Program-made: the position numbers and the translations under genes | Part shown: positions 47,588 to 57,351 of the stretch, one piece after another | Layout of the letters: every line of letters begins with the position of its first letter | Numbering within the stretch: position 1 is the stretch's first letter | Origin: an uncultured delta proteobacterium | GTDB lineage: Bacteria; Desulfobacterota; Desulfobacteria; Desulfobacterales; JAHEIW01 | Direction: 5' to 3' | Length of the DNA: 64,000 bases | NCBI GenBank assembly: GCA_963706575.1 | Contig: CAVPNL010000001.1 | Coordinates: 288,001-352,000 of the forward strand | The notes under the pieces: generated by a model | Told to the model about the DNA's origin: nothing | Databases searched by the model: none | Seen by the model: only the letters and a program-made list of their open reading frames with translations

Positions 47588-48730
47588 ATGGCACTTGACT
47601 GGATGCCCCGAGATAACGAACCCAAAAACCATCTCCTGCATACGGATGCTCACTGGGGGACGGATGCCGATGCTCCCTGCGTCGTTTATGAGAAACGACC
47701 CCTGACAGATCCCAAAGGAAAGGTGCAGGAAGGACTTTACGTGGCCTGGATCCGGCTCAATAACCCCAAACAATACAACTCTTACACCACCGAGATGGTC
47801 AAAGGCGTCATTGCCGGATTTGAAAATTCTTCCCTGGACAGAAGCGTTGTGGCGGTCGTGTTTACCGGCACAGGCCCTTATTCTTTCTGCACCGGCGGCA
47901 ACACCAAAGAATACAGTGAATTCTACAGCATGCGGTGCGATGAGTACGGCCAATACATGGAATTGTTCAACCATATGGTGGATTCGATCCTGGCCTGCAA
48001 AAAGCCGGTAATTTGCCGGGTCAACGGCATGCGCGTGGCCGGCGGCCAGGAAATCGGCATGGCATGCGATCTTACATTATCGTCCGATTTGGCCATATTC
48101 GGTCAGGCGGGTCCGCGCCATGGTTCAGCACCCGATGGAGGTTCATCGGACTTTCTACCCTGGATGCTCAGCAGCGAAGATGCCATGTGGAATTGTGTCT
48201 CCTGCGAGATGTGGTCCGCCTACAAGATGAAAACGAAAAATTTGATTAGCAAAGTCGCGCCGGTTCTGAAAGTCGACGGGAAGTGGGTGCGTAATCCCAT
48301 GATTATCACCGATAAATATGTCGAAGACGGTGAGATTGTTTACGGTGAATATAAATCCGGTGAGGCCGCCAAGGAGGCCCGGGCATTTGTAAAGGAGCAT
48401 CAGCCCAATGCCGACTTTGAATTGCTCGACAAAGAAATCGATAAGGTTGTCTGGACGTTTGCCAATCTTTTTCCCGGCTGTTTGATTAAATCCATCGACG
48501 GCATTCGCATGAAAAAGAAATACTTCTGGGATATCTGCAAAAACGGCAACCGCCACTGGCTGGCAGCCAATATGGGCGGTGAAGCATTCCTTGGCTTCGG
48601 GGCCTTTAACACCAAGAGAATCACCGGACAGGATACCATTGACTTTATCAAGTTCCGCCAGAACGTTGCCGACTCCAGACTCTGGGATGACGAAATGTTT
48701 GCAGAGGTTCTTGCAAAACCACAGAAGTAG
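47588..48730 (+). CDS. oah: 6-oxocyclohex-1-ene-1-carbonyl-CoA hydrolase (BamA)
   Basis: QYNSYTTEMVKG, FCTGGNTKEY, GMRVAGGQEIGMACD, HGSAPDGGSSDFLP, CEMWSAYK. Confidence 0.95.
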   Translation: MALDWMPRDNEPKNHLLHTDAHWGTDADAPCVVYEKRPLTDPKGKVQEGLYVAWIRLNNPKQYNSYTTEMVKGVIAGFENSSLDRSVVAVVFTGTGPYSFCTGGNTKEYSEFYSMRCDEYGQYMELFNHMVDSILACKKPVICRVNGMRVAGGQEIGMACDLTLSSDLAIFGQAGPRHGSAPDGGSSDFLPWMLSSEDAMWNCVSCEMWSAYKMKTKNLISKVAPVLKVDGKWVRNPMIITDKYVEDGEIVYGEYKSGEAAKEARAFVKEHQPNADFELLDKEIDKVVWTFANLFPGCLIKSIDGIRMKKKYFWDICKNGNRHWLAANMGGEAFLGFGAFNTKRITGQDTIDFIKFRQNVADSRLWDDEMFAEVLAKPQK

Positions 48731-48759
48731 TACTTTTCATCACTTCAACGTTGTATTTT

Positions 48760-48802
48760 ATGGCAGGCGGTGCGTTTAAAAACGGTCGCCTGCCATTTTT
48801 TT
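48760..48802 (+). terminator. Rho-independent terminator after oah
   Basis: ATGGCAGGCGG...TCGCCTGCCAT followed by a T-run. Confidence 0.7.
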
Positions 48803-48939
48803 ATTTTAACGCAATGCCGTCTACAAAAAGAACGCTCAATTTAGGAAGAAGTATCTTGATAATGGGCACTATATTATGTAAAATTCCGCTTGACCTGCCT
48901 CCCTAAACCAGGGTGACTTCAGGCATCACCGATGCGAAC

Positions 48940-49593
48940 ATGAGCGAGACGTTCTCAAAAAAAAGTATTTTTCCAACCCCCAAAGGCGATATCCGCATTC
49001 ATTCCTTTTGTCGTCCGGAACAAATTGAACAATACAGACTCGATCGCTATTTTGGAATCAGCGATGATTTTAAATCGCTTTTCACCCAGCGGGAAAGTCT
49101 GGCTAAAAGCGCCGCCCGTGAGGGCGCCAATGTGGTTCTGGCCCTTGCGGACGCCAAAGACATTATCGGATACGGCGTCTTGGATTATCCCGACGAAGGT
49201 GAGCGCTGGGCTGAGATGGGTGCAAAGATCATGATGGAAATTAAGGCCATTGAGGTTTGCCGCACATGGCGGTCTGTGGGTGTTGCTCACCGAATTATGG
49301 AAATGATGCTCGTCCATCCCCAAATTGAAGACAAGATTATTTATCTGGTAGGGTATTCGTGGACCTGGGATCTGGCAGGTGCCGGCATAAATGCCGGGCA
49401 ATATCGCGCAAAGCTCGTTGAGCTTTTTAAATCTCACGGTTTTCAAGAGTACGAAACCAACGAGCCGAACGTATGCTTAAAGCCGGAAAATTTTTTAATG
49501 GGCCGAATCGGCAAAAATATTTCACAAATGATAAAAGATCGTTTCAAATGGCTGCGGTTTGGGCTGACGCCTTGGAACTGGGAGGTTGATTAA
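48940..49593 (+). CDS. AcuA-like GNAT protein acetyltransferase
   Basis: YPDEGERW, EIKAIEV...WR..GVA, YSWTWDL, TNEPNV...PEN..M.RIG pattern; start 48913 or 48940. Confidence 0.75.
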   Translation: MSETFSKKSIFPTPKGDIRIHSFCRPEQIEQYRLDRYFGISDDFKSLFTQRESLAKSAAREGANVVLALADAKDIIGYGVLDYPDEGERWAEMGAKIMMEIKAIEVCRTWRSVGVAHRIMEMMLVHPQIEDKIIYLVGYSWTWDLAGAGINAGQYRAKLVELFKSHGFQEYETNEPNVCLKPENFLMGRIGKNISQMIKDRFKWLRFGLTPWNWEVD

Positions 49594-49602
49594 TACAAAA
49601 AA

Positions 49603-49669
49603 AGGTTTCAGGTGTCAGTGTTCAGGTGGCAGCTTTTGCATTCCTGACACCCGACCCCTGATACCTGAA
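49603..49669. repeat. 7-bp-period tandem-repeat palindrome (CAGGTGT family)
   Basis: AGGTTTCAGGTGTCAGTGTTCAGGTGGCAG ... CTGACACCCGACCCCTGATACCTGAA. Confidence 0.78.
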
Positions 49670-49785
49670 TTTGACAGTCTTCATCATGAAGTGTATGACG
49701 TTTGGTGATGGAAAATAATTTCGGATTCATTTTATTCGTTTTCTAACCGCTGCGGTTTCATCGCAAAAATACATTAGAGGCTAAA

Positions 49786-50703
49786 ATGATCGAAGATCGT
49801 ATTGTTTATTTAAACGGCGAGTATATTGCCTGGGAGAATGCCACCGTTCATATCATGAGCCACAGCTTCGGGCGGGGCTCGGCTATTTTTGAAGTGATGA
49901 GTCTGCACAAGACGGCTTCCGGCCCGGCTGTTTTCAGGCTGGAAGCGCATATCGACCGCCTGTTTAAGTCTGCTGAATTTCTGGATATGGAACTGCCCCT
50001 TTCAAAAGAAGCGTTGTGTGGAGCCGTTGCCGAGACCGTAAAACGCAACGGGCTTCAAAAAGGCGTCATCAAACTGATAGGTTTCTATCCTGAATTTGCG
50101 TTTGAAATTTTGCCTCCCCAGAAAATGCTGAGCGTTTCGATTTTTGCCATCGACCCCGAACAGGACCTGGGTGCATTTGGCATTCCGTTTGAAACGGGCA
50201 CAACTGCATATCTGAGCAGTTGGCGCAAGCTGGATCCCCGGACAGTTCCGGTTGAAGCCAAAGCGGCTGCCAACTATCTAAACGGCATGGTTGCCCGCGC
50301 CGAGGCGAAAAAAAACGGTTTCGGACACGCCGTTATGCTTGATACCCGGGGCTTTATTGCCGAAGGCGGAACCGAATCGGTATTTCTGGTTAAAGACAAT
50401 TGCCTGATGACCCCCGCTACCGGAACAGTATTAAAAAGTATCACCCGCATGTCGATTCTCGAAGCCGCCAGGGAAACCGGTATTGAGTGCATTGAAGAAC
50501 AGTTAAAACCTGAGCTGTTGTTTGAAGCCGACGAAATGTTTGTATCCTCCAGCCCCTTCAAAGTTTTGCCTGTAAAACAGATCAATGATCACAAACTCGA
50601 TAATGCGCCCGGGCCGCTAACCCGCAAAATCGCTGAACTGTTGGATGCCATCACCGGCGGTAATGACGATCGCTTCAAAGGATGGTTATATAGGGTGGAG
50701 TGA
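49786..50703 (+). CDS. ilvE: Branched-chain amino acid aminotransferase (class IV PLP)
   Basis: IFEVM, FRLEAHIDRL, AKAAANY, IAEGGTESVF, LKSITR. Confidence 0.85.
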   Translation: MIEDRIVYLNGEYIAWENATVHIMSHSFGRGSAIFEVMSLHKTASGPAVFRLEAHIDRLFKSAEFLDMELPLSKEALCGAVAETVKRNGLQKGVIKLIGFYPEFAFEILPPQKMLSVSIFAIDPEQDLGAFGIPFETGTTAYLSSWRKLDPRTVPVEAKAAANYLNGMVARAEAKKNGFGHAVMLDTRGFIAEGGTESVFLVKDNCLMTPATGTVLKSITRMSILEAARETGIECIEEQLKPELLFEADEMFVSSSPFKVLPVKQINDHKLDNAPGPLTRKIAELLDAITGGNDDRFKGWLYRVE

Positions 50704-50707
50704 AGAC

Positions 50708-50856
50708 GATTTGGGATTTGGGATTGCGGATTGCGGATTGTTGCTAAGCTTGCTGAGCTGTTAAGTGATAAAGGAACATAGCTTATTATTTTTATAAACA
50801 TGGGATATTTTTACTTGTCAACCCCATTAATTACTCAACTAATCAACCAATTAACC
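50708..50856. repeat. Unpaired remnants of tandem-repeat arms
   Basis: GATTTGGGATTTGGGATTGCGGATTGCGGATTG and TCAACTAATCAACCAATTAACCA without matching partner arms. Confidence 0.55.
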
Positions 50857-50866
50857 ATACCAGAAT

Positions 50867-51826
50867 ATGAAAACCGATCCAAAAAAAGTTCTTCAGGGAG
50901 ACCAGCTTGCCGGTGGCAGGCTGATCCGGTTGTTGGAAGAGGGTGCCCCTGAAGGTATTGCGGGATTTAAAGCCATATTCTCACACACCGGGAATGCGTT
51001 TATTTTGGGGATTACCGGGCCGCCGGGCTCGGGTAAATCAACCCTGGTGGCGCATCTTATCGCTGAATTCCGGCGGCGGGATCTTAAAGTCGGTGTGGTT
51101 GCGGTGGATCCATCAAGCCCTCTGTCAGGCGGTGCGTTTTTAGGTGACCGGATAAGAATGCGACAGCATACTGAAGACGAAGGGGTTTTCATTCGTTCGA
51201 TGGCGACCCGCGGGCATCTGGGCGGCCTGAGCCGGACCACCCGGGAAACGGTCATGGTGCTGGATGCCATGGGCTATGATGTTGTCATCATCGAAACGGT
51301 GGGCGTCGGGCAGGATGAAGTCGAGATCGCTGATTTTGCACACACCACGGCCATCGTCAGCATAGCGGGATTGGGGGATGATATCCAGACCATGAAAGCC
51401 GGGTTGTTGGAAGTTGGTGATGTGTTCATTGTCAACAAGGCCGACAGACCCGGTGCCGATGATGAAGTCTCTCGCTTAGAGAGTATGCTGGAAATGGGGA
51501 AGGTTCCAGAGGATGGTTGGAAACCGCCGGTCCTTAAAACGGTTGCTGTAAAAGGCGAAGGGATTGCGGAGTTGGTCGATGCCGCCTGGAGCCACCGCCA
51601 GTATCTGATGGATAGTGGCCAATTTAAGGCGCATAACAGCGAGCAGACATTTCGCTTTGTTCGAAGCCTTGTTATGGAAATGGCGGCTGATAAAATTTTC
51701 AAGAAAGCCGAAGATTCTGCTGCCTATCAAACACTTCTCGGCAACTTAGATAAACGCAAAATCGATCCTTTCACCGCCGCTGAAAAACTGATAAAAGGCC
51801 TGCCGCACAAAAAAAATGTTCAATAA
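50867..51826 (+). CDS. meaB: MeaB/ArgK family GTPase (cobalamin-dependent mutase chaperone)
   Basis: GPPGSGKST, VDPSS, GDRIRM, IETVGVGQ, NKAD. Confidence 0.92.
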   Translation: MKTDPKKVLQGDQLAGGRLIRLLEEGAPEGIAGFKAIFSHTGNAFILGITGPPGSGKSTLVAHLIAEFRRRDLKVGVVAVDPSSPLSGGAFLGDRIRMRQHTEDEGVFIRSMATRGHLGGLSRTTRETVMVLDAMGYDVVIIETVGVGQDEVEIADFAHTTAIVSIAGLGDDIQTMKAGLLEVGDVFIVNKADRPGADDEVSRLESMLEMGKVPEDGWKPPVLKTVAVKGEGIAELVDAAWSHRQYLMDSGQFKAHNSEQTFRFVRSLVMEMAADKIFKKAEDSAAYQTLLGNLDKRKIDPFTAAEKLIKGLPHKKNVQ

Positions 51827-51878
51827 ATAGGTTTTCCGCCGGAGGCGGATCAGGTGTCAGCCAACTGGCAAGTGTCAT

Positions 51879-51958
51879 ATTGGTTTTATTGGTTCGATTC
51901 GTTAAATTGGTTAAGATTAAACGAATAAAACCAATTAGACCAATTAAACCAATTCAAC
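51879..51958. repeat. 9-bp-period tandem-repeat palindrome (ATTGGTTNN family) between convergent genes
   Basis: ATTGGTTTTATTGGTTCGATTCGTTAAATTGGTT ... AACGAATAAAACCAATTAGACCAATTAAACCAAT. Confidence 0.8.
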
Positions 51959-51959
51959 G

Positions 51960-52592
51960 TTAATCGGTTTTACCCCCTGCCTGCAGATTTTGTATTTCTT
52001 GCACGATTTCACGGCTCAGCTGGGCGATAGCCCGACTGTGGGCCGCTACCAGGGCTGCGTAGTCCGGCTCTGGCGATAACGGCTCGTTAATAACAGACTT
52101 TCGCTTGGTGTGCGTTTGTTGGCTCTGCTGGCTCGACACGCTCCAGGTCGCTTCCAAAAGAACATCTTTGCCCCATTGTCCCTCAAAGTACCCGATTTTC
52201 AGTGCAATTCTATAGCGTGGCGTGAAATCCGTTTGCCAGGGATACACAGCCACCTGATCTGTAGCGAGCAGCAAAGAGATGTTTTCCGCCAATACCTGGG
52301 CGAAACTTTGGTCCAGACGGCCGGCCCAGCGGTTGAACTCATCTACGTTTAGCTTATTCGGACCGCTGCGGGTAACGATCTGGGGACGATCGAGAATTTC
52401 AGGAATTTCCACCGGACCGACGCCGATGGAAAGCTTCTGATCGCTTTGAGTGGTATTTACCTGACCTTGAATGCCGCTAAGGGGATTTAAGGTGTAGAAT
52501 TCTACCCTTGGGCTGCTGCTACATCCAGTAAGCAAGAGGGTGGTAAACGTAATCACAAGCGTGACTGTCTTAAGAAATCCAATGCGCATCAT
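51960..52592 (-). CDS. pqiC: PqiC family lipoprotein
   Basis: Lipobox LLTGC; LDRPQIV and NRWA motifs. Confidence 0.88.
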   Translation of the reverse strand: MMRIGFLKTVTLVITFTTLLLTGCSSSPRVEFYTLNPLSGIQGQVNTTQSDQKLSIGVGPVEIPEILDRPQIVTRSGPNKLNVDEFNRWAGRLDQSFAQVLAENISLLLATDQVAVYPWQTDFTPRYRIALKIGYFEGQWGKDVLLEATWSVSSQQSQQTHTKRKSVINEPLSPEPDYAALVAAHSRAIAQLSREIVQEIQNLQAGGKTD

Positions 52593-54265
52593 TTTGCTTT
52601 TCCTTTCCCATAGATGAGGGCTTCCGGATGTCGTTCCAGATAATCGGTCAGAATACGAACGGCACGCGCTGCCTCACCCAATTCCTTGATCGCCTGTCTC
52701 ATTTCGTGCTGCAGGGGTGAATCCTGACCCAGCGTCCCCTCGACCGAAACCAGGGTTTTCTGGGCCTGGTCTAAAGTCGAATTGATCGCCGGGGCAACAT
52801 TTGAATCTAAATTTTGCACCAGTTGCCGGGTTTGTTGAAGGGTTTGATTCAGGGCCTGAACGGCTTGCAGCAGTTCTTTGGATTCTGACAGCCGTTTGAC
52901 GTTTTGAAGGGTATCCCCCAAGTCTTTGCCGATCTGCTCTATCGGCATCGTTTCGATTTTGCTTAAAAGATCATTGACTCTGGCAGTAATAATCTGCAGC
53001 GGCGCTGGAATCGTGGGCAGCTCTGGAAATTTTTCTCCATATTTTAATTCTGCCTTCGGTGCATCAGGATAAAAATCGACATTCACGAAAAGCTGGCCCG
53101 TCAGCAAACTCCCGGTTTTCAACTGAGCTCTGAGTCCTTTGGCGACAAGCTTTCCGAGTTGGTCCTTGGGGGTATCGTCTGCCTTTCCTTCTCGAGCTGT
53201 GCCGATAACCTTCCACCGTTGGGGCTCGGTTTCAACCAACACCGTAATCCGGGGGGAAGCCTTTTCCAGGTCAAATTCCGACTTGATGTCGACAACCTGA
53301 CCGATCTTGATACCCCTGAATTCCACCGGTGCGCCGACGGTCAGGCCTCGGATCGACTCGTTAAAATGCAAGATGTAATGGACTTTTTCCGTATATGTTC
53401 TTTCAAAGATACTTGCGCGGGTTTCGTAGAGTCTGAATATATGACCCTCTTGAGCCGGACCACCGACTTCAAGACTGGTGGGGGTGTCAAAAGCGATGCC
53501 GCCCATCATAATCGACACCATGGATTCGGTATTGAGCGTAAGGCCGCTGGCATCGAGTTTCAAATCAAATCCGCTGGCATTCCAGAAGCGCGTGTTCTTG
53601 CGCACAAGCTTGTCATGGGGCGCATTGATAAAAATCTTGATTCTCAGAGATTGTCCCTCGTCTTCCAATTCATAACCAATTACCTGGCCCACCTGTATCT
53701 GTCGGTAATAGACCGGAGCGCCGATATCCAGTGAGCCGAGTGCAGCTGCCCTCAGAAGAAAATCGCGGCCCGGCATCCCGGTGGTTACAACCGGGGGTAT
53801 CTCGAGCCCTTTGAACCTTTTCGCCTCCTTACCCTCTTTTCCCGGGTCCATACCGATATAGGCACCCGAAAAAAGGGTTCCCAACCCGGAGACGCCACTG
53901 GCGGTCACCCGCGGGCGCACCACCCAGAATCGCGTGTTTTCGGTCAGGTAGGGCGCGGCTTCCTTTACCAGTTCGACCCCGACAATCACCCGGGACAAAT
54001 CCTCGTTGAAGCGGATGGTTTGCACCTCTCCAATTTGTACATCCTTATACTTCACCTGGGTTTTACCGGCTTCCAGCCCTTCTGCGGATTCAAAGGTGAT
54101 GGTCACCATCGGTCCCTTTTCCGACAGGCCTTTATATGCCAGCCATCCGCCAATCAATACGGCGACGATAGGGATCAGCCAGACAATAGAAATCTGTTTC
54201 TTACTCTGAACATCCGCTTGCGGTAAATCCGATAAGTCCGGTTCAAGGTTGTTTTCGGCGTTCAT
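52589..54265 (-). CDS. pqiB: PqiB (3x MCE domain) intermembrane transport protein
   Basis: VWLIP, AEGLEAGKT, FWVVRPR, SIRGLTVGAPVEFRGI, GLRAQLKTGSLLTGQ. Confidence 0.93.
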   Translation of the reverse strand: MNAENNLEPDLSDLPQADVQSKKQISIVWLIPIVAVLIGGWLAYKGLSEKGPMVTITFESAEGLEAGKTQVKYKDVQIGEVQTIRFNEDLSRVIVGVELVKEAAPYLTENTRFWVVRPRVTASGVSGLGTLFSGAYIGMDPGKEGKEAKRFKGLEIPPVVTTGMPGRDFLLRAAALGSLDIGAPVYYRQIQVGQVIGYELEDEGQSLRIKIFINAPHDKLVRKNTRFWNASGFDLKLDASGLTLNTESMVSIMMGGIAFDTPTSLEVGGPAQEGHIFRLYETRASIFERTYTEKVHYILHFNESIRGLTVGAPVEFRGIKIGQVVDIKSEFDLEKASPRITVLVETEPQRWKVIGTAREGKADDTPKDQLGKLVAKGLRAQLKTGSLLTGQLFVNVDFYPDAPKAELKYGEKFPELPTIPAPLQIITARVNDLLSKIETMPIEQIGKDLGDTLQNVKRLSESKELLQAVQALNQTLQQTRQLVQNLDSNVAPAINSTLDQAQKTLVSVEGTLGQDSPLQHEMRQAIKELGEAARAVRILTDYLERHPEALIYGKGKAK

Positions 54266-54896
54266 TATTAGGCTCCTGTGAATCCCAGATCAGTCTGGGG
54301 TCAAAGCTCATGGCGGCAAAAATGGTGATGATCACCACACCGGCAAAGAAAATGGCGCCGGGGCCGGCCTCGATCGTTGCCAGTGAACCCAGTCTGACCA
54401 GGGCGACTAAAATGGTTACCACGTAGATATCGGTCATCGACCAGCGGCCGATCGCTTCGGTAATGCGGTAAAGCCGCGTGCGATCCTTTGGTCGCCACTG
54501 GGATTTACGCTGGACCGAAATCAATAAAAAGGAGAGCAGAAAAAGCTTCAGCAACGGGACGAAAACACTGGCCACAAAAATCACCAGCGCAATCGGCCAG
54601 CTGCCGGATTTCACAAAATAAATGACACCGCTCATGATGGTATCCGCCTGGGCTTTGCCAAAGGATATCACATTGGTAATCGGCAGCACATTGGCCGGGA
54701 TGTAAAAGATGAAGGCTGCAATCACCAGCGCCCAGGTGCGAGCGATGCTGTTGGGCTTGCGGGAGTGCAAGCGCGCACCGCAACGCGGGCAAGACACAGC
54801 AAGACCTTTAGCGGCGGGCGCAGCTTTGCAAAGCAGATGGCAGCTGTGGCAACTGATCAATGAAGCGTTCAGGGCTGTAATTGGTGATGGTTTCAC
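54243..54896 (-). CDS. pqiA: Paraquat-inducible protein A (C-terminal-half type)
   Basis: CHSC...CPRCG, YIPANVLP, IGRWSMTD, FDPRLIWD. Confidence 0.9.
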   Translation of the reverse strand: MKPSPITALNASLISCHSCHLLCKAAPAAKGLAVSCPRCGARLHSRKPNSIARTWALVIAAFIFYIPANVLPITNVISFGKAQADTIMSGVIYFVKSGSWPIALVIFVASVFVPLLKLFLLSFLLISVQRKSQWRPKDRTRLYRITEAIGRWSMTDIYVVTILVALVRLGSLATIEAGPGAIFFAGVVIITIFAAMSFDPRLIWDSQEPNNERRKQP

Positions 54897-54901
54897 GGGC
54901 C

Positions 54902-55495
54902 TTAATCCAATTGTTTCCAGACGATATGTGGGTCAAGCGCAGCGGCTGATGCCGCAAGTATAAAAATAAGGACCATAAAAGCATAAAGGGCTGTGCCCGG
55001 AATGATGCTGGCCATTTTGACAAGCTTTACGACGGCCACCAGGATGCCGATCATAAAGACTTCCATCATTCCCCAGGGCCGAAAGCTGCGAGTCGCGCGG
55101 AAGAGCAAGGCAAGCTTCCAGGGTCGCCGCCGCAATTTTAAGGGTACCAGAATAAACAGCATTCCCGTGAGCTCAAGCAACGGCATCACAATGGTCGTCA
55201 ACAGCACCACTCCCGCCACGATCCACATGCCTTGCTGGTAGAGTTCCTTAACTCCGGTAATGAGATTGGTTTGCTGTATCTGAGCTTCCAACCGGAATGT
55301 CAGAAAGGGGTACACATTGGCGATAATGAAAAGAATCAGTCCGGCCACCGTCAATGACAGCACGCGGTCCAGGCTATTTCGTTTGCGCCGGTACAGCATG
55401 GCCCCGCAGCGGATACATCTGGCCGTTCCATCAGGGGGTAAGGGCCGGCGCTGATGCAGCAAATCACATTCATGACAGGCGATTACGGATTCCAT
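54902..55495 (-). CDS. pqiA: Paraquat-inducible protein A (N-terminal-half type)
   Basis: ACHECDLL...CIRCG, PWGMMEVFMIGILVAVVKL. Confidence 0.9.
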   Translation of the reverse strand: MESVIACHECDLLHQRRPLPPDGTARCIRCGAMLYRRKRNSLDRVLSLTVAGLILFIIANVYPFLTFRLEAQIQQTNLITGVKELYQQGMWIVAGVVLLTTIVMPLLELTGMLFILVPLKLRRRPWKLALLFRATRSFRPWGMMEVFMIGILVAVVKLVKMASIIPGTALYAFMVLIFILAASAAALDPHIVWKQLD

Positions 55496-55668
55496 CGGTT
55501 TTCCTTATCTGAAAATGCAGGGGTTGAGCCAACACTGTTTTTATTTTGTTTTGCAGATTTTTCAGATGCCCTGAATTTCTGATAATCGTTTCATAACACA
55601 GATTTAACCAATTAGCGAACACTTTGAATTTGTTAAGGCCAAAAAAATATTAAGTATTTCAGATAGCG

Positions 55669-55698
55669 CTTGACACCCTAATATCATATGTATACATA
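55669..55698 (+). promoter_or_regulatory. Promoter and GntR-type palindrome upstream of gntR
   Basis: CTTGACACC followed by the perfect 12-bp palindrome TATGTATACATA. Confidence 0.6.
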
Positions 55699-55758
55699 AA
55701 GTATTCAAAGAGTGCTCCAGAGGTATTTTTTTGGAAGTCGTCGGAAAAAGGATATGCC

Positions 55759-56469
55759 ATGCAGATTTTTACCCCTGTCGAAAAAGTAGAAATTTCTTTA
55801 ACCGATCAAGTCTACCGTAATCTTCGCCATGGAATTATTACCGGTGCCATCGGGGGCGGGACGCGGCTGGTTGAAACCGCGCTGGCTTCAGAGATGAACG
55901 TCAGCCGAACGCCGGTAAGGGAAGCATTGCACAAACTTGCCCTGGAAGGATTTCTATATTCCATCCCCAGGGCGGGTTATATTGTTGAAGAAACCTCCGA
56001 AACCGATATCAAGGATCTGTTTACGACCCGCACAGCAATTGAGAAAATCGCCGTAAAATGGGCCATCGAAAAAATTACGCCTGAAGAGCTTGAGCGGCTC
56101 GAAATGAATTTACAAAAAACGGACGACATACTGAAAAGCGGTGCAACCGAATCGATGATGGACCTGGATGCTGAATTTCATCAGATTATTTATCGGGCAG
56201 CCCGCAGTAAAACATTGTATAAAATCAGCCAAACCCTGAGTGATCACACGCTTCGATTCCGGTTGGCCTGCATCCATGTACCCGAACTTGCCCAGAGAGC
56301 CAGACAGGGACATTTGAAGATTTTCCAGGCCATCCAGGCCAAGGATTCGGCTACGGCAGAAGAGATGATTGAAGATCATCTGGATACGGTCACAAACGAC
56401 ATCCTTAATCACCTGGAAAAAATGCGCCAGAATGCGTTCATTGGAGATCAAGGTGATATTAGTGTTTGA
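55759..56469 (+). CDS. GntR family (FCD domain) regulator
   Basis: VSRTPVREAL, DAEFH. Confidence 0.92.
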   Translation: MQIFTPVEKVEISLTDQVYRNLRHGIITGAIGGGTRLVETALASEMNVSRTPVREALHKLALEGFLYSIPRAGYIVEETSETDIKDLFTTRTAIEKIAVKWAIEKITPEELERLEMNLQKTDDILKSGATESMMDLDAEFHQIIYRAARSKTLYKISQTLSDHTLRFRLACIHVPELAQRARQGHLKIFQAIQAKDSATAEEMIEDHLDTVTNDILNHLEKMRQNAFIGDQGDISV

Positions 56470-57316
56470 TTTGTCCCAGTAAGGCCTGATTCAATGGGCT
56501 TTTTGCGCGCGCTATCTCGTTGACCACAGAATAATGATGGAACCCGGCCATATGAATGATGTCTACGGGAAATCCTTTCGATCGCCAGCTTTTGGCGAAG
56601 ATCTGAGTTTGTCGATGGAACTCATCGGTTTCTAATTCCCCCACCGCTAAAATCAAGGGTATCGGTTTATCCGGAAGATTGTAAAGAGGGCTGTTACGTT
56701 TGCTAACCGTCACATCCATACCCAGTACGTCGTTCAGGTAGCAAAGCCGAATGGGCTCCAGGTCAAATATGCCGCTGACAGCGCAGATGCCATTAATCAA
56801 ATGAGGCGGAAGCGCCTGATCGAAACTTGCCCAGTCCGTTGCCGCGAGCAGAACGGCAAGATGCCCTCCGGCTGAATGACCGCAGACGTAAATTCTGTCC
56901 GGGTCATATCCAAAGTTATTTCCCTGGTGCCAGATCCAGGCCAGCGCTTTATGATTTTGCCTTACGATTTCATCCATATTCACATCGGGCGCCAGGCCAT
57001 AGTTGACAACAGCCGTGGCAACGCCGGCCTTTACAAATCCATCGGCGATGTGGCTGAATTGGTTTTTATCAAGGCCTTGCCAGTATCCGCCGTGGATAAA
57101 AACCAAAAGCGGGGCATTCGGCTGGCCGGAAAAGAAAATATCCATCGTTTCTAAAGGATGACTTCCATAGGCGACATTCAGTTCACCTGGTAGCTCACGG
57201 CGAGTCTGTTGACTGCGACGATCCCACTCTTCAAAGTAGGCTGGATATTCTTTAACTGCTGTGCGCAGATTGTACTGTGCATCCAGCCCGATTTTGTCAT
57301 AGCCCAGAAAATGCAT
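56459..57316 (-). CDS. Alpha/beta hydrolase, arylformamidase (kynurenine formamidase)-like
   Basis: FIHGGYWQ, GHSAGGHL, SGIFDL, terminal His motif HHYSV. Confidence 0.85.
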   Translation of the reverse strand: MHFLGYDKIGLDAQYNLRTAVKEYPAYFEEWDRRSQQTRRELPGELNVAYGSHPLETMDIFFSGQPNAPLLVFIHGGYWQGLDKNQFSHIADGFVKAGVATAVVNYGLAPDVNMDEIVRQNHKALAWIWHQGNNFGYDPDRIYVCGHSAGGHLAVLLAATDWASFDQALPPHLINGICAVSGIFDLEPIRLCYLNDVLGMDVTVSKRNSPLYNLPDKPIPLILAVGELETDEFHRQTQIFAKSWRSKGFPVDIIHMAGFHHYSVVNEIARAKSPLNQALLGQIKH

Positions 57317-57351
57317 ATCCCTTACCGGTTGTTAAAGATACTCAGAAGCTA

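Noticed and set aside
47024..47974. 316-aa minus-strand ORF
   Set aside because: Antisense shadow across had and oah with no recognisable motifs
32538..51958. CRISPR array
   Set aside because: Repeat units are 6-9 bp, degenerate, arranged as inverted arms without unique spacers, and there are no cas genes
54243..55495. pqiA split as a pseudogene
   Set aside because: Each half is a complete PqiA domain with its own Zn-ribbon start, and two-gene pqiA arrangements are common
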